Assembly (NCBI RefSeq): GCF_009914755.1
Contig: NC_060927.1
Direction: 5' to 3' (one strand)
Length of the DNA stretch: 64,000 nt
Origin: the human T2T-CHM13v2.0 reference genome, Homo sapiens
Both the position numbers and the translations under genes were made by a program. Below the pieces are notes generated by a model. The model was not told where the DNA came from. It ran no database searches and saw only the letters and a list, made by a program, of their open reading frames with translations. Each line of letters opens with the position of its first letter. Position 1 is the stretch's first letter. Below, piece by piece: positions 54,863 through 64,000 of the stretch.

Positions 54863-56814
54863 CATATGAAATATAAGACTTAATCTATGACTGAGTCTTA
54901 TAAAAGAAGGAACTCATTATAAAAGTTCAAAAATTTAACTGCAATCTTTTGCCCTTTAAAATCAGTTATCTTTTCATATCTTTTAAATGTCTTTTTGTCC
55001 AAGAAAACATCAATGAAAATTTAGATGGCTCTTACCTTGAATATTTAAGAAAATAGAATATATCCCAATCATTGTATCAATTGACATAACATAAATATTT
55101 TTAAGTCACCGTGAAGTTGATTAAGAAAGAGGCCACAAGTGTTTCTCCTTGAAAGCTGTAGGCTGTGTTTGCTCTCTAGCTTTTTTGGTCTTGAGGTCAA
55201 CAGTAGAACTGGAGTCAAGTTCTATTGATACTTTGTTAATGTGTGATGTGTAACCTAGGATTCTGAGTTCTGTTTTGCCACACTGCCTCTATAGATGCCA
55301 CAGTGATGAGTTTTCATATATCTAAGGCTCAGATCCTTTGTCATCTATGAATTGCTAACGGGGTTTTAGTACAAAGGGTCTGTCGTAAGACATCTTACAA
55401 GATATTCTTTTAGGTGGCACAAAAGAAATAAAACAACATTGGCTTCTATTACAAGCCTAGGTTTAGCCTATATTTGAATGAAAAATGTGTCATTTTCGTT
55501 TAAGAAAACAGAGTATAATTATATTTTAAAGCTTCTTTCTATTTACTGCAAATTGTTACTTGGGTCACAATCACAACACTAAAAAAAACTCTAAGGAAGA
55601 AATTTTACTTCTCCTCTGGAAACCCCAGTTATTTTACTCTCAGTCATGATAGGCCATTAACAATATCGAGTATTATATGGGGTATTAAAACGCACCATCA
55701 ATAGATAAAGTGATTGAGTTAAAACTGAACAATAAGGTCTGTATTTACATACTTATATCTTAGCCTTCCACTTAGTCATAGTTTCATTATTTTTCATATT
55801 TCTTTAAAGAATTTCTATATTTCCATTTTGCAATAAAAGAATAGAGAAATGTTAGTACTGTTGAAATTAACTCACAAGACTGACTTATGCATGGAACTGC
55901 AAAGAATTATATGCTTGGTGTTGCCAAGTATCACGAATTGCAGAGAATAGGCTTGCAGACCTCTGGGTTATATGGTTCACTATGTTAGGGGTTAACTGGG
56001 CCAAATTTGGTGTCCTCTTGGGTGGTTATTTCCAAAATAAAATCTCAAGATTTGAAAACCTAGTGTACTGAAGGGTTCCAAACATGGGAAATGAGGGCAT
56101 TGACATTAGGAGGTGGAATATTTAGAGCCCCATAGAATATGAGTAATAATAAACTAACAGGGGAGCACATGATCTATCCCAATTATTCACAGCTTCTGTA
56201 TATGTGAATTTCCTACTTGCCAAAATTTATTTGTAAACCTATCCTAGTCTTTTTGGGCTTCTCTAACAAAATATCATAACTGGGTAGCTTATAAACAACA
56301 GAAGCTTATTTTTCACAGTTCTGGGGGTTGGAAATTCCAAGAAATTTGCCAGCAGATTCAGTGACTGGGGAGGTCCTGCTTCCTGGTTGACAGTGTAAAC
56401 AGCTGAGGAATCATGAGGCTCATAAATTTGGAAAGGAGAGCTTTATATCTCATAAGGAGTTGTAGCCTGCTGGCTGGCCATCCCACAGGCTGGGAAATGT
56501 TGCCTCCGGAGTGCAAGCACTTCAAGGGAGGGGTAAAGGGAATAGGAATTTGTGGTAAGTGAGATGGCCAAATATACATACTGAAGTTACAGGAGGAGTC
56601 ATGAATGTTTAAGAAAGAAAATACATATGTACATGCAGTGGCACCTCATGCTGCTTCAAAGGTTACATGTTCAAAAAATGGTGGCATCAGTGTGATCTGA
56701 GGGTGCAGTTTTTGGCTCTTTGATGTAAAAGGTGAAGTGGAGGACACAAAAACCCTCACTGTGCATCCTCTGTGAGTTGGCCAATGTCTGTCTGGAGATG
56801 GTGGTCAGTTTTTA

Positions 56815-56947
56815 AAATTTATTTTTTATTTTTTAGTTTTAAGGAGTGGAGCGTTTAATAGACAAGAAGGAAGGGAGAAGACAGAAGGAAGAAGCTACCC
56901 CGTACAGAGACAGAGGGAGGGGGCTCCAAAGCCGAAAGAGGAAACCC
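56815..56947 (-). mobile_element. Polyadenylated ERV1 LTR fragment (MER61-like) inserted as a retrocopy
   Basis: 16-bp TSD TGGTGGTCAGTTTTTA; ATTAAA followed by an A-rich tail. Confidence 0.75.
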
Positions 56948-57145
56948 TGGTGGTCAGTTTTTAGGAAGGGATGTGATGTGAAATTGGTGAGCTATCGTGT
57001 CAAAACTGCAAAGAGGATGGGAGAGTTTGGTCAAGACCTCACATTATTGGCTAAAGGTGATAAAAGAATGAGTCATCTTTTTGTTTTCTGGAGTTGGTTT
57101 CTGTCTCTTCCTTAGGAGAAATTTCTGGTTAAAGGTTAACAAAGA

Positions 57146-57492
<347 letters not shown>

Positions 57493-58519
57493 TCATACCA
57501 TTATGGCTGAAAATTCAGTTTTTAGGGTGTCTCTGGGGTTCTCTTGGCCGAGAGAGTGTCCAGTTGATTAGAAGGGCTTAGGATTTTATTTTTATTTCCC
57601 AATAGGCAACCGTCTTCTTATTGTGACCTCCCATTGTGGAAGGGGGTAAGGGAGCTCTCTAGGATCTCTTTTATAAGGTCCCTAATCCCATTCATGAGGG
57701 TTCCACCCTCATGACCTAATCACTTCCCAAAGGCTCCACCTCCTAATACCATCACAGTTGGGGTTAGGATTTTAACATATGAATTTAGGGGAGAGGCATA
57801 AACATTCAGTCCATAGTGACGCCGGAATCAATACTTGTGCTTTCATAGTTATCGTGGACATGTACAGCAAAACATTTGAGGTGTCCTACGCACGTTTCCA
57901 GTTGAGGTTGAACAAGGCAATACTCTGCCTACTTGTTTCATACTGTAAACAAGTGTCTTTTTCATGGTCTGTTTCGTGCAACATTTCACACCTTTTTATG
58001 CTTTTTGTTGTTGATTTCACTGTTTAAAATTACCCCCAGGCTTAGGGCTGATGTGCTATCTAGTTCCAAAATACATGAAGGTTGTAACGTATCTTAGGAA
58101 GAAAATGCATATGTTAGATAAGCTTCATTCAGGCATGAATTATAGGGCTGTTGGCTGTGAGTTCAATGTTAATGAGTCATCAATATATATTAAATGAGGC
58201 ATATCTAAATAGATTACACATATAAGACAAGGTTATGTATTGATCAGTAAATAGAATTGTTGTGACCAGAGGCTCTCAGGAACCTAACCCTAAATTTTCC
58301 CTAGAAGCAATGGTTCAATATTTGTAACAACTTTATGGAATGTAAATATTGTGAATAATGAAAATCAACTGTATGTATTGGAGAAATAGGGAATGTGAGA
58401 GATATTTAATTATTATTTTCCGGGAAATATTTATGCCCATAATGGGCTCTTGGCTCCAAGCTGAGCACTAGGACAGTAGAGACTGAAAAGTTTCTAAGAC
58501 ATGTTTTTGTGTTTCATTT

Positions 58520-58678
58520 TTTAAATTTAGATCCATGGGTTAGCTTTAGCAAATGCTCAAATTCCCTGAAATGGAAGATTTTATTGTGAATACATATACA
58601 GGTGCACATTTTTCTATGGAAAAGGGTTTAGAATTTCTATGAGTCCATGAGTCAAAAAATAATTAAGAATTACTGCTG
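58520..58678. mobile_element. Ancient hAT-Charlie MITE fragment (MER103-like)
   Basis: ACATTTTTCTATGGAAAAGGG...AAAAATAATTAAGAATTACTG. Confidence 0.4.
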
Positions 58679-59679
58679 TGAGATGTTGGCACGAGGCCCA
58701 GGACCATGCTACAATGTACAGAGCTTCACCTGATGAATTGCAGACTGGAGTTTGTCCTGTGGCAATGTCTCACAGGGCTTAGCAAGGACTTGGCTAACAG
58801 AGTGTGATGGGAGATGGAGCTTAGGTGGCCTGTGAGGCTCTCAGAGAAGAAAGATTAGGGAGTCTTTTACATCTAATGGCAAATAATAGCTGCTCAGTTA
58901 TGAATTTAAAAACCTGGAGAAGACAGGCTCTAAAATCCTAGAGGATTATGTGGACTTTCGTCCTTCAGTTCTATGTTCATTTTACAAAAACTGGAGGCTC
59001 AGCAAAGCCTCAGTGTAAGAAATCATCTACAAACATTTAGTCTATAGTCATAAATGTGCATATTTTAATTTATAGTTAAGCTGAAACTCAAAGAAAAATC
59101 TCCTGGTGTAGGAATTCATAGTCATCAGCAATGTTTTGTGGGTGGTGACTGGTCGTACAGTGCCATCATCCTCTCCCGGGTCCACTTTCCCCATCCTTGG
59201 CCTTCTTGGCAAGAGTACTTTCCTAGGGCTGTGAATGTCCAGAAAGCCTATGTTTACTGGTGTGGTGAGGACATTAATAGTAATTAGGATTACAAGTGAG
59301 ATAAAATGCCTGTAGGTGCCCAAAGAGAAAAGGCAAATCACGTGGTTTTGTAGGTCTCAGAAAGAACTGATCCTACAGCTGAAGGAAAGGCTCCTCTGTT
59401 CACTCATTGGCAGTCCTCTAGCTGTGCTCTTCATTTGTTCCTGTCTCAGGTCTTTACTATTAAATAACTAACAAATAACATTTGATTTTTACCTCACAAC
59501 CCCCTTAGATACATTAAATGCATTAATCTTGTTGGACCAGTAGATTCTGTTTATCAGGCCACTGCCTTAGTACCTCAAATAATAACTTGTATTTGTAGAA
59601 TTCTTTTTACTCCTAATTTATATTCATATATTAAATTAAATTTATCCTGTTCAGAACAAATAGTAACATCCTGGAATGG

Positions 59680-59860
59680 TTTAGATTAGTGATTAAGAAC
59701 ACCAGCTCTGAGTTACTCAGCCATTTACTATGTGAAAAACAGTAATTTTCACCTTATGCCATGGTTGAGAGAACTAAATAAAATAATATAACAAGAGGAC
59801 CATTTAGCCTGGTGCCTGTAGATACTTAGAGCTTGATCTATATATTATTAACCATCGGTT
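59680..59860 (+). mobile_element. MIR fragment
   Basis: AGTGATTAAGAACACCAGCTCTGAG...ATTTAGCCTGGTGCCTG. Confidence 0.5.
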
Positions 59861-62289
59861 ATTATTATTATACCAAACATTGAACACTTTTTTGACTTTT
59901 AATTATACATTTTGGAAAACTAAGACCCAACAAATTACTTTCTCCAGAGAACAAAACTAATGAAGATAGATTTGGGACAAGAACCCAAGACACCGACTTA
60001 CGGGATGGTGATCTTTTGTGTAAATCACTGTCAGATATACACATTTGTTCAATTTGAGGATTTGGTGCCTGAAATTTGGTAGTCCTGGCATGCTTTAATA
60101 AAATAGATGCCTTGAAATTGCAGTAGGGGAACTAGCATCCTGTTCATTGAGGACAGAATTGTTTTGAAAACAACTGGTCTTGTCTTTATTGCAAAATATA
60201 TCTGTAGTTCATTAACTCTCTGAAAAAGACCATTGTTATGGAAAAGTTTAAAAGCCCCTTCTTCCCTCAGGCTATGAGAGAAGGGCTAAAATGAGGACTT
60301 TGTAGGACACATCAGGCAAATACATCATTTATTCTTAATTTATTGACTGGCTCCATAGGCATGAACCTCATGCTTATAAATCAGAAGCATCCTTACAAGG
60401 TGGGAAAGCCCACGATCTTTGGTATTATGACTGGGCTTATTCCTTGTTTTCCAACTTTAGTGACTGCTGAGCATCGGTGCAGCTGGGCAGCACATGGTTA
60501 TTTAAGTATAAAATTATACACTGAAATATAAGATTACATTTTCAAGTGTACTTCACCATTGTTCTGGTATTCAGATGTTCTTACAGTGACATCAGCATCA
60601 TCTTCATTTTTGTTGGACAGTGTAAATAACTAGCCCAAGGTTATACCTGTATTACTAGATAGTTAGGGTAAACCTATATTCCTAGCTTTCACTTCAAAGT
60701 TCAAGTGATTTTTCTCCATTGTTTGAATCATGATTGTAGAAATAAATGAATCTCATTAAATCAAATTACTGTGGACTTTTTTCCTTTAACAAAGTGTGGG
60801 TTTGTAGCCTTAAAGCTAAACCTACTCCTTAAGAGATAATTTTCCTAGCAGCCTTAAGGTAAAGGAAATAATGGTAGACAGGAGGGTGTGGACCAGACTA
60901 TTCTTGTTCATTGCCAGATATTTGGCCCCATATTAATTTTCAGTAACTTTACTCTGTCACTATGAAAACCAAAGACAATAGGGCTCTCCCTTTCCCCCAA
61001 CTTTCTAGAAGTCCTTTTGAGAACCTCTGGTTTAGATTCCCTGGGAGTAAATGAAAGAACCAAAGGCCACTGATTTTTAATAAGTACTCTTCTCTAAAAG
61101 CTTTTGACACTAAATTCACCATCTTACCAGTAGAATCTGAATATTTTGTGTTTTAACCCACCAGTCCCTTTAGCAAAACTATTTTGAAGCCTATAAGGTG
61201 ACGAATATTAAACTAAAAGGGAAATATTCTTACACTTTCCTGAAACTGGGCCTAACATCTATTTAGTAAAAAACACTAAATGCCAGTAAATTGGACAAAG
61301 TGACTTCAGTGGTTAAGTAGTTTTCCTTCCTTATTTACTTTTATCTATGACTGTCTCCTGAGTTCCTTTAGCTTTTTTATAGTGCAAATACTTTTCATTT
61401 AAGATCGTGCTCACTAAAAACGCACATACATAATTCTGAAAGTTTATAAAACTGGACCTTCAATACAAAACGCAAAATAATCAGAAGAGCAGACAGGAAG
61501 GACAAAATAGAGGCCTTAAAACAATACTAAAAGGGAGGGCTTAAAACCATAGCAATAATGCAGGAATTGATCAAACTCAAAGTTAATCCATGAGAAGTCA
61601 GAGAGGAGTATTAATGCGGCTGTGCCAATGGCAAAGCCTGGTGCTGCTCCCATGTACGTGAGACTCCAAGTGAGCCCTTGTATATATGAATAATGCTTTA
61701 AAAGTTGAAATCAAGTCAAATTTCTCACAATATACAACTGAACATCTTCCCATTGTGCTCTTAATCCTCTCCCTTAAAATTAAATGGAAAAAGAGAAAAA
61801 CACCCATAAACCTTGCTACCTATCTGTGAATAAAATCTTCTTTGCCTGACTTGTCTGAGTGTTCTGTCTCAGCAGACTCAAGCAATAGGTTGAGAACCTT
61901 TAGGATGGTCTTTGGATTAGAGAGGGGCAGTGACAGTTGAATATAGGTTATGGGTTAGGAGTTAATGTTTATGTAATAAAAGTGGAGATCACTTTACCCT
62001 CTGGAGCATTCTTTTCTGGGAAATTTGGCCACACCAAGAAAAGATCTAAAAATGATAACATTCAGAATTTCCCAATAAAAGAGTCCAGCTAGATCTTCCT
62101 ACTGTGAAGTCTGCAATAGAAAAACTATGTGTATGCGCTTCTAAAAAAGCTTTTAATCTACCACTTATAATACGAACAGGTAGAGAAAAAAATAAACAAG
62201 CATCTTGGAGGAGGCAGATTTTATAAAGATTAAGGGGAACTTTAAAATAAGTGTTATTACTAAATTCAGAGTTAAGAAAAATATGTTGA

Positions 62290-62908
62290 ATCCATGGAAA
62301 AATAATGGGATGCTGTGTCAAACAAACAAGCAGAGAATGAATTATTCTTAAAAATTAAAACAGCAGAAATATACACTTGAGAAAAACTTGAAAGATAAAA
62401 ATATTCTCAGAGATAGAGCAAAACAAATTTTTTAAAAGAATCTAAGACACAAAAAATTTTTAGAAGTTAATATAAGACAATAGAGAACCACTTTAGGAGA
62501 TGTAACATCAAACTGACAGAAAATCTGGAAAGAGATAATAGAAAAACTAGAAAGTAGGAAACGATAATTCAAGAAAATTTGTCAGAAATGAAGAATATCA
62601 ATTTCCAGATTATGCCCAGCACAATAGCCAAAAATCAGCTAACACAAAGGTACATAATTATTCAATTTCAGGACTTGAAGGCAAAGGAAAGGGATTCTAA
62701 AAGCTTCCAGAAAGAATATAAACATGATCAATAATTAGAAAGGCTTGTGATCTATGGAAGTTACAGTAAAGCTAGAGGACAATGCAGAAATGCCTTCAAG
62801 ATGTGGAGAAAAAATAATTTTGAATCAATAATTACTAAACCCAGCAGAGCTATATAAGTCAAGTGTGAGGGTAGACTAAAGATATTTTCAAACCTGAAAT
62901 CTTTCAAG
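62290..62908 (+). mobile_element. HAL1 or old L1 ORF1-like relic
   Basis: ATAATTCAAGAAAATTTG; AAAGCTTCCAGA; AATGCCTTCAAG; CAAGTGTGAGGGTAGACTAAAGATATTTTCA. Confidence 0.65.
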
Positions 62909-62910
62909 TA

Positions 62911-64000
62911 TAGTCATTCATCATTTAACGACAGGGACACGTTTTGAGAAATGCATCTTTAGGCAATTTCGTTGTTGTATGAACACCATAGAGTGTACTT
63001 ACACAAACCTAGATGATGTTGCCTGCTACACACCAAGGCTAGAAGCTATGGCCTACTGCTCCTAGGCTACAAACCTGTACAGCATGTTACTGAACTGAAT
63101 ACTGTAGGTAATTGTAACATCATGATTAGTATTTGCATATCTAAATATAGAAAATACAATATAAAATATTATAGATAACACACCTGTATAGAACACTTAC
63201 CATGAATGGAGCTTATAGGAACGGATGTTGCTCTGGGTGAGTCAGAGAGTGGGTGGTGAGTGAATGAGAAGGTCTAGGATATTACTGTACACTACTATAG
63301 ACTTTATAAATACTCTACACGTAGGCTACACTAGTTGTATAAAAACATTTTTCTTTCTTTAAAAATAAATTAAAATAAATTTACTCTAACATTTTTACTT
63401 TATAAACTTTTTACTTTTTTTAACTTTTTGAATCTTTTGTAATAGCACTTAGCTTGAAACACAAGCACATTGTATAGCTGTATGAAAATATGTTTTTAAT
63501 ATACTTATTTTATAAGCTTCTTTCTATTGGTAAAGCATCTTATTATTATTATTTATTTTTTAAACATTTTTGTTAAAAACTAAGACATAAACACACAGAT
63601 TAACCTAGGCCTACTATGGGTCAGGATCATCAGTAATCTGTCTTCTACCTGCACATCTTCTGTCTTCTACCTGCACATCTTTTTTCCACTGGAAGGTCAT
63701 CAGGGGCAAAAGCATGCATGGAGCTGTCATTCCTGTGATAATATTGTCTTCTTCTGGAATAGCTACCCAAGAACCTGCCTGAGGGTTTATTACAATTAAC
63801 TATTTTTCATGTAAGTAAAAGAAGTACACTCTAGAATAATAATAAGCAAGTATAGTATAGTAAATACGTAAACCAGTAACATTATCATTTATTATCATTG
63901 TTAAGTATTATGCATTATACATGATTGTATGTGCTATACTTGTAAACAGCTGGCAGCCGGTTGGTGTAAACTGGTTTGTTTACACCAACATCAGCACAAA
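62911..64000 (+). mobile_element. Tigger3b/Golem-type DNA transposon, runs off the window
   Basis: TTAACGACAGGGACACGTTTTGAGAAATGCATC...GAGTGTACTTACACAAACCTAGATG. Confidence 0.88.
63638..63681. repeat. Perfect 22-bp tandem duplication
   Basis: CTGTCTTCTACCTGCACATCTT x2. Confidence 0.9.

Overview
This window is human/hominid-type eukaryotic genomic DNA: AT-rich, CpG-depleted and mostly transposon-derived. I found no recognisable protein-coding exon, RNA gene or prokaryotic feature. The supplied ORFs come from Alu, L1, LTR, SVA-VNTR or simple-repeat sequence, or are chance frames. Contents include about 11 Alus, several L1 fragments (a near-full-length but internally deleted L1MA2-like copy and an L1MC-like copy), L2/MIR relics, many MaLR/ERV LTRs, an ERV env relic, and Tigger, hAT and mariner DNA transposons. 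A young, ~3 kb full-length SVA lies on the minus strand. The two most interesting signals are retrotransposition footprints. (1) The SVA's target-site duplication encloses a second poly(A) tail plus ~79 bp of foreign DNA, i.e. a 3' transduction that should identify its source element. (2) A 133-bp polyadenylated ERV LTR fragment carries a 16-bp TSD, i.e. an L1-made retrocopy of a retroviral transcript, inside a four-level nested transposon stack. Several short inverted and dispersed duplications suggest template switching. Subfamily names are from recalled consensus features and need RepeatMasker/Dfam confirmation. I cannot claim a genuinely new biological system here.
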